Positions 13,310-25,854 of a DNA stretch of 64,000 nt are shown in pieces. Every line of letters starts with the position of its first letter. Position 1 is the stretch's first letter. Under the pieces are notes generated by a model. It saw nothing but the letters and a program-made list of their open reading frames with translations, had not been told where the DNA came from and made no database searches. A program made the translations under genes and the position numbers. The stretch is from Leucoraja ocellata (lineage: Eukaryota): NCBI GenBank assembly GCA_036785375.1, contig JAWMAR010000506.1, positions 992,001 through 1,056,000 of the forward strand. Reading direction: 5' to 3'.

Positions 13310-13697
13310 GCATTGAGATAATCAAACCTGCTAACAAGGGAGGTGCCGTGGTAGTCTGGCGCGCTGACCTCAATCTGAGGCCAGGTGACAACTCAGACAC
13401 CTCCTACTACTTATCCTTGGACCATGACCAGGCCTTAATCTCAAGCACCATTACTGATTTCATCACTTCCGGCTCTCTGGCTTCTAAAACCTACAACCTT
13501 ACCGTTCCCCAGCCCCGCACGACCCAAATTTATCTTCTCCCCAAAATCCACAAACAGAACTGTCCTGGCAAACCCATTGTTTCTGCTTGTTCATGTCCCA
13601 ACAAATTAATTTCTACATACCTCAAATCTATCCTATCCCCCCCCACCCCCCCCCCCCCCCCCCCCCCCGGTCCAATCCCTCCCTACCTATGTCCAAG
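13310..13697 (+). mobile_element. Penelope-like element, piece 1 (N-terminal RT)
   Basis: IKPANKGGAVVVWRAD and YLLPKIHK..PGKPIVS motifs typical of PLE RT. Confidence 0.85.
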
Positions 13698-14676
13698 GGG
13701 GGGGGGGTTAAAACCCGGGTTTTTTTCCTACCTTGTCCTGGAATATATTTGGTTGGAGTGCAAGCTTTTGCTGAAGAATCGTTCCGACAGCCGTTCTGTG
13801 TATTTTTTTTTTTTAAATCACCCGAGATGTTCAGCGCTGGAGTAATTTTAAAATCAGCTTCTAAAGCTGTCAACGCCGACAATGGGGACGGATTTCAGGT
13901 ACGCGACAGGTAAAAGAAAGCCATTTATTTTATGTATAAAAGTGCTCCTTAAGATACCTTTAATTATTTTTTTTTCACATTCCTTTAATTCACATTTTAA
14001 GTTGCGAAACGGTGATTTTTTTCCCCCCGAACAAACTGGCAGATTTTTGCTGCCGATATGGGGTATAAATTCACCGCAAACCGCAACTTTCCAAATGATC
14101 GCGTTCCAGAAAAACCCACTCGCAAGATGATTTAAATGGCCATTAATTTATGGGTATTAAACATTAAATTCCTTCCATTTGGCCTATAAACCCATGACAA
14201 TGAGATTTAAAAATTATTTTATATTGTGAATTCTTGTATGAATGTTATTTGGACACTTAGACTATTTAAAAATGTTAATCTATTCTTAAGAAATGGATAG
14301 ATGTTTAGATCTAATAATTGAATTTTGTAATTAGCTACAATTAGGTTAAATAATTATATGCTTTAATTTCAAGTCATCTAAGTAAGATTGTTTCATATTT
14401 GTTTCAGAATGCTTCAATCTATAATAACTGAAAATGTATTTCAGTTCTCTTAATTTTTAAGAAAGTTATGGACTTTCGATCACAGCTTTTGTGTTAAGTC
14501 AATGGAAAAGCAATAGGGAACAAGATACTAATTTCCGAGTATGAAAATGGCCATAACTTTTTAATACTGAAGATATGAAAGTGAATTAGGTGTCAAACTA
14601 AACTTAGTTTTATGCTTTATCTGATGGGATAAATTATAGACTTGATTTTTAAAATCTCAAAATTTTGTAACATGCT
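13698..14676 (-). mobile_element. Unclassified AT-rich interspersed element, copy 1
   Basis: Reverse complement of the elements starting at 30554 and 33811 (shared end ATGTTACAAAATTTTGAGATT); interrupts the Penelope element. Confidence 0.75.
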
Positions 14677-14735
14677 CTTTGTCTCCTCAATGACTTCAGT
14701 TTTCCAGGACCCCACTCCCTCATCATTACTATGGC

Positions 14736-15842
14736 GATGGCGCAGGAAGGGGCGGACCATCCCGCAGAGTGACAGGAGAAGACACTAATCTGCGCGGCGC
14801 AGTCTGACAGGAGAGGTGATCGATCTGCTCATGCGCGGTTTTTACGATTTTTAAACCTCGCTAACTTTTACAACATACTACTGATCAGAACAAAACGGTG
14901 CACTCGCAGCACAGGAGAACGGTGAGTGAGCTGATGAAAAATTGTAGCGTTATCGCCAGGTAAGGGTAGGCAAGGTAGGCACTGCATAACCTGACTAAAA
15001 CTATAAATTTATAATTATTAAATATAAATAGTAAAGGCACGGGAGATTTAAGATAGTTCCTTTCACTGCGTGTTGGGAGTCTGGCCAGGGGTAATGTTGC
15101 GGGGGGAGTGGGGGGGTGCAAGGAGCGTTGAGAAGGAGGGGGTCGGGGATCATGGCAGCAACCAGCTCAAGAGCGGGTCAGCGGGCGATGGATAACAGGA
15201 CAGCGGGCGGTGGAGCTTACTCCATGTGTCAGTGCGAGTAACCTCATTTGGTACCTTGTTCGCGCTGACACATGGAGTAAGCTCCACCGCCCGCTGTCCT
15301 GTTATCCATCGCCCGCTGACCCGCTCTTGAGCTGGTTGCTGCCATGATCCCCGACCCCCTCCTTCTCAACACTCCTGCCGACACCGCAACTTTACCCCTT
15401 AGCCAGACTCCCCACACGCTGTGAAAGGAACTCTCCCCCCCAATTGGTCCCTTGAACTAGTATTGTCATTCAATAAGATCAGACCTGATTCAACTTGTCC
15501 CGGTGTGCTTCCATTTTCCAAACCATCTCTCCACCTGCAGGCACCCTCCACCCCCACCCAATCAGTAATTCAGAAAGCAGGAGATTTGGAAGCCTTGTGC
15601 AAATTGAGTTGTTACTTTCTTTATTTTTATTTTTTATTTTTACGGAATGGAGAACAATCTGTGCATGTGCGGTTTAAGATTTTTAAAAGCTGCCTGACTG
15701 CCTACCCTGAGTAATTACTCACAGCACGTGCCTGGTTATCGCGTACCATTTTTGCGCAAATAGAACAACCGCGCAAACTGGAAGGGCACAAGATCAGAGT
15801 TTTAATTATGCAATATAGAATATAGATAGAAGATAGATAGAT
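14736..15842 (+). mobile_element. Non-autonomous element with long internal palindrome (possibly Helentron/DINE-like)
   Basis: Interrupts Penelope; internal direct repeat (~14820 vs ~15657), fold-back 15055-15432, ends in TATAGATAG repeats; classification is inference. Confidence 0.45.
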
Positions 15843-17128
15843 GTCTGGTCATCTGCACCTCCAAACCCCACCAGGAGGGTCTTCAAGCCCTCCATTTCTT
15901 CCTCGACCGCAGAACCAGCCAATTTCCGTCTACCAATACACTCCTCCGCCCAGCAGAGCTGGTCCTTAACATCAACAAATTCTCCTTCCACTCTTCCCAG
16001 TTCCTCCAAATCCAAGGCGTAGCTATGGGCACACATATGGGCCCTAGGTATGCCTGCCTCTTTGTAGGGTACGTCGAACAATCCTTGTTCCATGCATACG
16101 CTGGCCCTATCCCCAAACTCCACCTCCGCTACATTGATGACTGTATTGGTGCTACCTCCGGCACCCATGCAGAACTCACTGACTTCATCAACTTCACAAC
16201 TGCACTCAAATTCACTTGGACCATTTCCGACATCTCCCTACCATTTCTGGATCTCACCGTCTCCATCACAGGAAACAGGCCGACATCTATTACAGACCTA
16301 TTGACTCCCATAGCTATCTTGACTACACTTCTTCCCACCCTGCTTCCTGTAAAGACTCTATCCCCTACTCACAATTCCTCCGTCTGCAAGGCATCTGCGC
16401 CCTGGATGAGGTGTTCCATACCAGGTCATCGGAGATGTCCTCATTCTTTACGAAACGGGGGGGTTCTCCTCTTCCATTATAGATGAGGCTCTCACTAGGG
16501 TCTCCTCGATATCCCGATGCTCCACTCTTACTCCCCCTCCCCCCATTCGTAACAAGGACAAAGTCTCCATTGTCCTCACCTTCCACCCCATCAGCCATCG
16601 CATGCGGCATATAATCGTCCAACATTTTCGCCACCTCCAAGATCCCACCACTGGCCACATCTTCCCATGTCCACCCCTTTCTGATTTCCGCAGCGATCGT
16701 TCCCTCCAAAACTCCCTGGTCAACTCGTCCCTTCCCTCCCCCTCCCCAGGTACTTTCCCCTGCAACCGCAGGAGATGCAACACCTGTTCCTTTACCTTCC
16801 CCTTCGACTCCATCCAAGGACCCAAACAGTCTTTCCAGGTGTGGCAGAGGTGCGCCTCCTCCAACTTCATCTACTGTTCCAGGTGTCAACTTGCCCACAT
16901 CGGCGAGACCAAGCGCAGGCTCGACGATCATTTCACTGAACACTTCCGTTCACTCTGTCTTAACCTACCTGATCTCCTGGTGGCTCAGCACTTCAACTCC
17001 CCCTCCCCCTCCCATTCCCAATCTGACCTTTCTGTCCTGGGCCTCCTCCATTGTCAGGGTAAGGCCCAGCGCAAATTGGAGGAACAGCACCTCATATTTC
17101 GCTTGGGTAGTTTACACCCCAGCAGTAT
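15843..17128 (+). mobile_element. Penelope-like element, RT core + GIY-YIG endonuclease (frameshifted)
   Basis: QIQGVAMGTHMGPRYACLF, RYIDD, LPFLD, CNRRRCNTC, IYCSRC...HIGETKRRL..HF.EH. Confidence 0.92.
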
Positions 17129-20100
17129 AGAAACATAGAAACATAGAAAATAGGTGCAGGAGTAAGCCATTCGGCCCTTCGAGCCTGCACCACCATTCAA
17201 TATGATCATGGCTGATCATCCAACTCAGTATCCTGTACCTGCCTTCTCTCCATACCCCCTGATCCCTTTAGCCACAAGGGCCACATCTAACTCCCTCTTA
17301 AATATAGCCAATGAACTGGCCTCAACTACCTTCTGTGGCAGAGAGTTCCAGAGATTCAGAGAAAAAAAAATTCCCATCTCGGTCCTAAAGGATTTCCCCT
17401 CTATTCTTAAGCTGTGACCCCTTGTCCTGGACTTCCCCAACATCGGGAACAATCTTCCTGCATCTAGCCTGTCCAACCCCTTAAGAATTTTGTAAGTTTC
17501 TATAAGATCCCCCCTCAATCTCCTAAATTCTAGCAAGAACAAGCCAAGTCTATCTAGTCTTTCTTCATATGAAAGTCCTGACACCCCAGGAACCAGTCTG
17601 GTGAACCTTCTCTGTACTCCCTCTATGGTGAGAATGTCTTTCTTCAGATTAGGAGACCAAAACTGTATGCAATACTCCAGGTGTGGTCTCAACAAGACCC
17701 TGTACAACTGCAGTAGAACCTCCCTACTCCTATACTCAAATCCTTTTGCTATGAATGCTAACATACCATTCGCTTTCTTCACTGCCTGCTGCACCTGCAT
17801 GCCCACTTTCATAAACTGGTGTACCATGACATTCAGGTCTCATTGCATCTCCCCTTTTCCTAATCGGCCACCATTCAGATAATAGTCTACTTTCCTGTTT
17901 TTGCCACCAAAGTGGATAACCTCACATTTATCCACACTATACTGCATCTGCCATGCAATTGCCCACTCACCCAGTCTATCCAAGTCACCTTACAGCCTCC
18001 TAGCATCCTCCTCACAGCTAACACTACCCCCCAGCTTAGTGTCATCCACAAACTTGGAGATGTTGCATTCAATTCCCTCGTCCAAATCATTAATATATAT
18101 TGTAAATAGCTGGGGTCCCAGCACTGAGCCTTGTGGTACCCCACTAGTCACTGCCTGCCATTCTGAAAAGGACCCGTTTACTCCTACTCTTTGCTTCCTG
18201 TTTGCCAGCCAGTTCTCTATCCACATCAATACTGAACCCCCAATACCGTGTGCTTTAAGTTTGTATACTAATCTCTTATATGGGACCATGTCGAAAGCCT
18301 TCCGAAAGTCCAGATATAACACATCCACTGGTTTTCCCCTATCCAATCTACTAGTTACATCCTCGAAAAATTCTATAAGATTCGTCAGACATGATTACCT
18401 TTCGTAAATCCATGCTGACTTTGTCCAATGATTTCACCACTTTTCAAATGTGCTGCTATCCCATCTTTAATAACTGACTCTAGCAGTTTCCCTACTACCG
18501 ATGTTAGACTAACTGGTCTGTAATTCCCTGTTTTCTCTCTCCATCCCTTTTTAAAAAGTGGGGTTACATTAGCTACCCTCCAATCCTCAGGAACTACTCC
18601 CGAATCTAAAGAGTTTTGAAAAATTATCACTAATGGATCCACTCTTTCTGGAGCTACTTCCTTAAGTACTCTGGGATGCAGTCTATCTGGCCCTGGAGAT
18701 TTATCGGCCTTTAATCCATTCAATTTACCTAACACCACTTCCCGGCTAACCTGGATTTCACTCAGTTCCTCCATCTCCTTTGAACCGCGGTCCCCTGCTA
18801 TTTCCGGCAGATTATTTATGTCTTCCTTAGTGAAGACGGAACCAAAGTAGTTATTCAATTGGTCCGCCATGTCCTTGTTCTCCATGATAAATTCACCTGT
18901 TTCTGACTGCAAGGGACCTACATTTGTTTTAATTAATCTCTTTCTCTTCACATATCTATAAAAACTTTTGCAGTCAATTTTAATGTTCCATGCCAGTTTT
19001 CTTTCATAATCTATTTTCCCTTTCCTAATTATGCCCTTTGTCCTCCTCTGCTGGTCTCTGAATTTCTCCCAGTCCTCTGGTCGGCTGCTTTTTCTGGCTA
19101 ATTTGTACCCTTTATCTTTTGCTTTGATACTATCCCTGATTTCCCTTGTTATTCACGGATGCAGTACCTTCCCCGATTTATTATTTTGCCAAACTGGGAT
19201 GAACAATTTCTGGAATTCATCCATGCAGTCTTTAAATGCCTTCCATTGCATATCCACCATCAACCCTTTAAGAATTAATCGCCAGTCAATCTTGGCCAAT
19301 TTACGTCTCACACCCTCAAAGTTACCTTTCTTTAAGTTCAGAACCATTGTTTCTGAATGAACCATGTCACTCTCCATCCTAATGAAGAACTCAACCATAT
19401 TATGGTCAGACTTGCCCATGCACAACAAGACTGCTAACTAACCCTGCTCTCTCGTTGGTTCCTCTACATGTTGGTTTACAAAATCCCACATACATTCCAA
19501 GAAATCCTCTTCCTCAGCACCCCTGCCAATTTGATACACCCAATCTTTATGTAGATTGAAGTCACCCATTGTAACTGTTTTACCTTTGTTGCACTCATTT
19601 CTAATTTCCTGTTTGATGCCATCCCCAACTTCACTACTACTGTTAGGTGGCCTGTACACAACACCCACTAGCGTTTTCTACCCCTTAGTGTTTCGCAGCT
19701 CTCCCCATATCGATTCCACATCCTCCAAGCTAATGTCCTTCCTTTCCATTGTGTTAATCTCCTCTCTAACCAGCAATGCTACCCCACCTCCTTTTCCTTT
19801 CTGTCTATCCCTCCTGAATATTGAATATCCCTGGATGTTAAGCTCCCACCCTTGGTCACCCTGGAGCCATGTCTCTGTGATCCCAACTATATCATAATCA
19901 TTAATAGCTATCTGCACATTCAACTCATCTACCTTATTACGAATGCTCCTTGCATTGAGACACAAAGCATTCAGGCTTGTTTTTACAACACTCTTACCCC
20001 TTATACAATTATGTTGAAAAGTGGCCCTTTTTGATTTTTGCCCTGGATTTGTCTTCCTGCCACTTTTACTTTTCACCTTGCTATCTATTGCTTTTACCCC

Positions 20101-21160
20101 CATTTTACACCCCTCTGTCTCTCTGCTCACACATTTAAGAACCCCACCACCTCTTATTCTCTGTTTATTATTGTTTTCTTCTTTCCCCCCTACATGTTGG
20201 GTCTGAGTGCTTCCCTTCTCTGCCTCCTGCCTCACACACTGTCTACTAGCTTTCTCTATTTGAGTCCCTCCCCCCAACCGTTCTAGTTTAAAGTCTCTGC
20301 AGTAGCCTTTGCAAATCTCCCCGCCAGGATATTGGTCCCCCTCGGGTTCAAGTGCAACCCATCCTTTTTGTACAGGTCGCACCTTCCACAAAAGAGGTCC
20401 CAATGAGCCAGGAACTTGAATCCCTGCCTTCTGCACCAGTCCTTCAGCCACGCATTTATCCTCCACCTCGCTCCATTCCTACTCTCACTGTCGCGTGGTA
20501 CAGGCAGTAATCCTGAGATTGTTACCTTTGCGGTCCTTCTTTTTAACTCTCCTCCTAACTCCCTAAATTTTCCTTTCAGGACCTCTTCTCTTTTTCTACC
20601 TATGTCATTGGTACCTATATGTACCACAGCCTTGGGCTCCTCTCCCTGCCATTTCAGGATATCGTGGACACGTTCAGACACATCCCAGACCCTGGCACCA
20701 GGGAGGCAAACTACCATCCGGGTCTCCCGACTGCGTCCACAGAATCACCTGCCTGACCCCCTAACTATAGAGTCCCCTATTACTAATGCCCTCCTCTTCT
20801 TTTCCTTACCCTTCTGAGCAACAGGACCGGTCTCTGTATCGGAGGCCCAGCCGCTGTTGTTACCCCCAGGTAGGCTGTCCCCCCCAACAGTACTCAAACA
20901 GGAATACTTATTGTCAGGATATACAGCCAAGGGGTACTCTCTAGTCCCTGCCTGTGCCCCTCCTAACCGTAACCCACTTGCCTGCATCCTGTGGTATTGG
21001 AGTGACCACCTCTCTGTAACTCCTCTCAATGACTTCCTCGCTCTCCCTGACCTGACGGAGGTCATCGGGCTGCTGCTCCACGTTCCTAAATACGGTCCCT
21101 TAGGAGCCCCATCTCGACGCACCTGGCGCACATGTGGACGTCTGGAAGGCTATCAGATTC
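17129..21160 (-). mobile_element. Long CR1-clade LINE (ORF1 SGNH esterase, ORF2 APE+RT) nested in Penelope
   Basis: ORF1 ALVIGDSIVRG/VCLPGA/HIGTND/DGLHL; ORF2 LNARSI, ITETW, VVYRPP, GDFN, KSPGPD, QGSVLGP, KFVDD; short-repeat 3' tail (AGAAACAT on +) at ~17129; frameshifts and internal deletions. Confidence 0.93.
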
Positions 21161-21182
21161 CTTGACTTCTCTAACTTCAGAT

Positions 21183-21345
21183 GAACATTGACTTCTCTAA
21201 CTTCAGATAGCCCTTGCTTTCTCTCTCCATCCCCTTCCCCATCCCAGTTCTCCCACTAGTCTTACTGTCTCCAACTACATTCTATCTTTGTCCCGCCCCC
21301 TCCCTTGACATCAGTCTGAAGAAGGGTCTCGACCCGAAATGTTTT
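21183..21345 (+). mobile_element. Penelope-like element 3' end with hammerhead-like core
   Basis: Continues ...CAGCAGTAT|GAACATTGACTTCTC from 17128; ends CAGTCTGAAGAAGGGTCTCGACCCGAAA. Confidence 0.8.
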
Positions 21346-21383
21346 CACGTTTTTTCAACTCACACCAGTTGTTCAAGTAAAAA

Positions 21384-21617
21384 TTCACACAGAGGGTTGT
21401 GAGTGGAATTCTCTGCCTCAGATTGCGGTGGAGACCGGTTCTCTGGATACTTTCAAGAGAGAGTTAGATAGGGCTCTTAAAGATAGCGGCGTCAGGGGAC
21501 ATGGTGAGAAGGCAGGAATGGGGTACTGATTGGCGATGATCAGCCATGATCACATTGAATGGCGGTGCTGGCTCGAAGGGCTGAATGGCCTACTCCTGCA
21601 CCTACTGTCTATTGTCT
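21384..21617 (+). mobile_element. CR1 3' end fragment
   Basis: TGGAATTCTCTGCC...GGCTCGAAGGGCTGAATGGCCTACTCCTGCACC + short tail. Confidence 0.85.
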
Positions 21618-21619
21618 AA

Positions 21620-22826
21620 ATACTAACTGAGCCAGGTTGTTGTGACTACCTGAATCAACAGATGGAATTATTCAATGAGACAAACGACACACCCGGTATT
21701 TCGCCTGCATTATTGTGGGAATCTTTCAAGGCTTTTATCAGAGGCAGCATTATCTTGTATCAAGCTTTTCAAAATATAAAAAACAGGTTGGAACAATTGG
21801 AATTAGAAAAACAGCTTGACTCAGAAAATGCGATTGCTCCATCTACTGTTAAACATAATAAGATAGCAGCATTAAAATTTAAATTAAATTAGATCTTCTT
21901 GGCACGCCAACTGAGAAAAATGGTAAAAGATCACTCTTCAAATAATTAGATCAGAAAAAGGCGAGCTGCTCACACTTCCCAAAGACATTAATGAAAAATT
22001 CCTAAAATTCTATCAAAATCTATATACATCAAAAACATCAGCCGACTCTGCAAAGATCAAAAACTTTCTTGACAATTGCAACCTCCCATCACTTAATGAG
22101 GAGGAACGAGAAGAATTAGGTACTGAGATTACAATAAAAGATATTGAAGAGACTATCAAATCACTGAATAGTAGGAAAACGCCAGGTCCAGGTGGGTTCA
22201 GTAATGAATTCTATATAAAAAAAATCAATGATTTAATTTCCCCACATCTACGAGCCCTTTATATACATGCTTTTAAAGAACAGACCTTACCACAAACCTT
22301 TGCTGAATCAACCATTACATTGATACCTAAAAAAGACAAAAATCTTGAAGAGCCCAGATCATATAGAGCAATAGCTCTTCTAAATACAATCAGAAAATAT
22401 TAGCCAAGACTTTGGCAAGAAGATTAAGTTTGTACATTAGCAAATTAATACATCCATACCAAACAGGATTTATACCTAAGCGACATTCGTTTCATAATTT
22501 TTAAGTGCACACATCCCATCTTCTGAGATGCATAGGTGAGCATGGGAAGACTAATTGGATTTATCTCCATCTTCTCTTTTATTATTTATTTTCTTTCCTA
22601 TTGCACTTCTTTGGTAGCTTAGGGGTCTTTTTCTTGCTTTCTCTTATTTTCTCTTTCTTCATTCTCTTCTTTTTTCTCTCTTTCTTTCCTTTTTTTCTTT
22701 TTTTTGATTTAGGTTTCTATGTTAATAATGAAGCTGTACAATAATTGTAAAACTGTTATGTTGATTGCCTTATCCCTGTACAACTGCTTCTACTAAAATG
22801 AATTAAAAAAAATAATAAAATAAAAA
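21620..22826 (+). mobile_element. L1-clade LINE remnant with large internal deletion
   Basis: LWESFKAFIRG, KTPGPGGF..EFY, ITLIPKKDK..SYRAIALLN, IHPYQTGFIP; then T-rich 3' UTR and A-rich tail ~22800-22826. Confidence 0.8.
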
Positions 22827-22829
22827 TCA

Positions 22830-23790
22830 ATGTGCAGGGTCCATGACAGATCTTTAGAGATATGCACGCTCAGGAACTTGAAGTTTTTGACTCTCTCCAC
22901 CACCGACCAATTGATGAAGACAAGTTGAGGATCCTTTGCCTTCCTCTTCTAAAGTCAACAATCAATTCCTTAGTTAAACTGATGTTGAGAGCAAGGTTGT
23001 TGTTAGAATAGAATAGAATGCCTTTTATTGTCATTCAAACAGACAAGGTTTGAATGAAATTTAATTCCTGCAGTCATGACATTACAATAAAAACCAAGAC
23101 ACACACTTAACACAATTTACACAAACATCCATCACAGTGAATCTCCAACACCTCCTCACTGTGATGGAAGGAAAAAGTCTTATCTTCCCTTTGTTCTTCT
23201 TCCGCGGTCCAGCATTCCAACTGCAGCGTCGAGGTGAATGGGGCTCATGATGTTAAAGCCCCCGGCGGGCGATGGAAAGTCCCACGGCTGTTTAAACTGC
23301 GCTGGGCGATGTTAGGCCCCACTCTGAGTCATTTAAACCCCACGATTCCGGCGGGAGAAGTTGCCGTTGCGGGAGCTCCGAAAAACAGTCTCGCACTAGG
23401 GACCTGCGAGCTCCCAATGTTCCTGTCCACCGGGCCTGCGGCCGGAGCCTCTGAAGTTCCGAAGTTGGGTTACAGCCGCTCGCCACCACAGCTCTCCCCG
23501 CTCCGAAGTCAGCCAGCTCTGCGATGGTGAGTCCGCAGGCTCCGAGACTGGAGCCCTCAGGTTAGTTCCGGTTGGAGGCCGCCGCCGATGTTAGGCCCAA
23601 CGACACTGGAGACCCGACAGGGAAAAAGTCGGGTCCCCGTACAGGGAAGAGATTAAACGGTCCCCCCCCCACCCCCACATATACACAGCTAAAAAATAAT
23701 AAAAATTAGAACCAAAAACATACATCTAAAGGGTCAAAAAAAAATTTAAAAGACGGACTGCAGTCGAGCCGCTGCCGTTAGGCGCAGCCA
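22830..23790 (-). repeat. Rex1/Babar fragment plus a GC-rich repeat with (TAGAA)n tail
   Basis: 22830-23005 resembles Rex1 RT C-terminus (NNLALNIS..KELIVDFRR..VKNFKFL); 23005-23790 has the Rex-type TTTATTGTCA 3' end. Confidence 0.55.
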
Positions 23791-25854
23791 CACTCCAGCA
23801 CTTTTCTGCACTTTGTTACGTTGTATGTTCTATTAAAAATGGTACATAGGTTTCAAACATTTTGGCTACTATTAAGGTGATACAAGAAACTGCAAATGCT
23901 TGTTTATACGAAAAATTCGTAACTCAGGGGGTCAGGCAGCATCTCTGGAGAATATGGATAGGTGACGTTTTGGATCAGGACTTCTTCAGACTGAAGCACT
24001 TTGTGTCCTTTTTTTGGCTTCTATCAAACTTAGTATTTAAATATTTGAGCTGAACCTAAATTATTCTTATTGTGTTCACTATTAATATTGTTTTTGCCCT
24101 TACTGGTTGAAACTCTGGTTTTCTTGCGCTGCTGATAAAATAAGGAGTGAGGATGGAAGGACACACACCAGTCACTGCTCTGATTTCACGGTATGATTTA
24201 CCCTTGTGCTCTGATATGCAGGTGATGATCATTGATAGATCGAATTGAATCTGTTGTAACCATTGTCACTTTAATCCAATACAACATGTTTAAAGAAGAA
24301 TTCTGCTGATTTTGGTCATTTTAATCTGATATCTGAAGAACCCATTCAATTTTGACATTGGAAACTAGTGAGAATTAATGGAACTGCTCCCTATGCAGAG
24401 GGGTTGATGGAGTTGTAGCTCCCTTGAGTTGCAGTTGGAGATGTGATATGAATTGATGCCTGTCAACTGTGCTGAAAATGCAGAAAAAAAATCCAGAAAA
24501 AATACACACTTTTGCGACTTACTGCTGCCAACCTCTATTCTAGGCTCATCACAACTTGTCGATGTGAGTCAACATCCTCAACAATGACTGTAGCTAACCA
24601 TTGCTGTACAAAACACTGAGCATGCATTAAGTTGTGCTATATTTTTGTTCTGAACAATTATAGATGTTTGTGAAATAAATATAAAATTTGAAAGGAGGAA
24701 AGGAGTTTAAAAAAAAAATGTGCAAATGGATAAAGGTTGCATATGCAAAGAACTGCAGATGCTTGTTTTCAAAGAAAAGTGCTGGAGTAACAGCTGGTCT
24801 AGCAACATCTATGGAGACCATGGATGGATTCCAGTACAGTCAGTCTGAAGAAGGTAAATGTTGCCCAACCATGTTCATCAGAAATTCTGTCTAACCCGCT
24901 GAGTTACTCCAGCACTTTGTGTTTTTTATCATTGCCTTAATTATGATTACTTTTCATTAGCACCTTTCAATGTCCAAATTTTAATGTAAATTAACTTATT
25001 TATCTCTAAAGTGTTCTGTAACCAGACGGAGCGGGAGGATGTTTTCTCCCATTCTTCCTCAGGTGGAATTTCTTTTTTTCAATAAACTCTGCTAACTGTT
25101 CAGACAAAATATTTGCAAATGATCTCAGTTTTCTAAAGCTTACTAGCCAGATATGTTAGATTATTGTTGGGTTGGATTTATATTCTATAAACCATTCAGT
25201 ATAATTCGACTTGGGGTACACTGCCAGCTTCACTGGGTATTCTGTTCAGCTCAACGTGACTTTGTTTTCTTAAAAAAGAAAGGACACAAAGTGCTGGACA
25301 CAAAGAGCGGGTCAGGCAGCATCTTTGGAGAACATGGATAGGTGACATTTAAGGTCAGGACCCTTCTTCAGACTGACATGAAACGTCACCTCCATGTTTG
25401 CCAGAGATGCTGCCTGACCTGAGTTACTCCAGTACTTTTTGTTCCTTTTTGTAAACCAGCATCTGCAGTCGCTTGTTTTTGCATGCATCCTCTGTTCAGT
25501 TGTCAGTTAATTTACATATGCACCAGTTGTATCTTTCATTACTCAGGACTGTTTAATTCTCCATAATGCCATGCCTCAGCTCATTTGCACATTCCAAAAT
25601 AATCACTGATACAAATTCCACATCAAAAGAGAAAAATGGATAGGACAGGTTTCGAGGGATGTGGGCCAAATGCAGACAGGAGGGTCTGGTGTAATTGGGA
25701 CATGTTGGTCGGTCTGGGCAAGTTGGGCCGAAGGGCATGTTTCCACGCTCTATGACACTATGACACTGTTGGACACAAAATGACAGCTATATTGCTAATT
25801 CTTGTAAAGTCCTCTTGCAAAATGTAGAACTGACGTTCATAGGTAACAACACGA

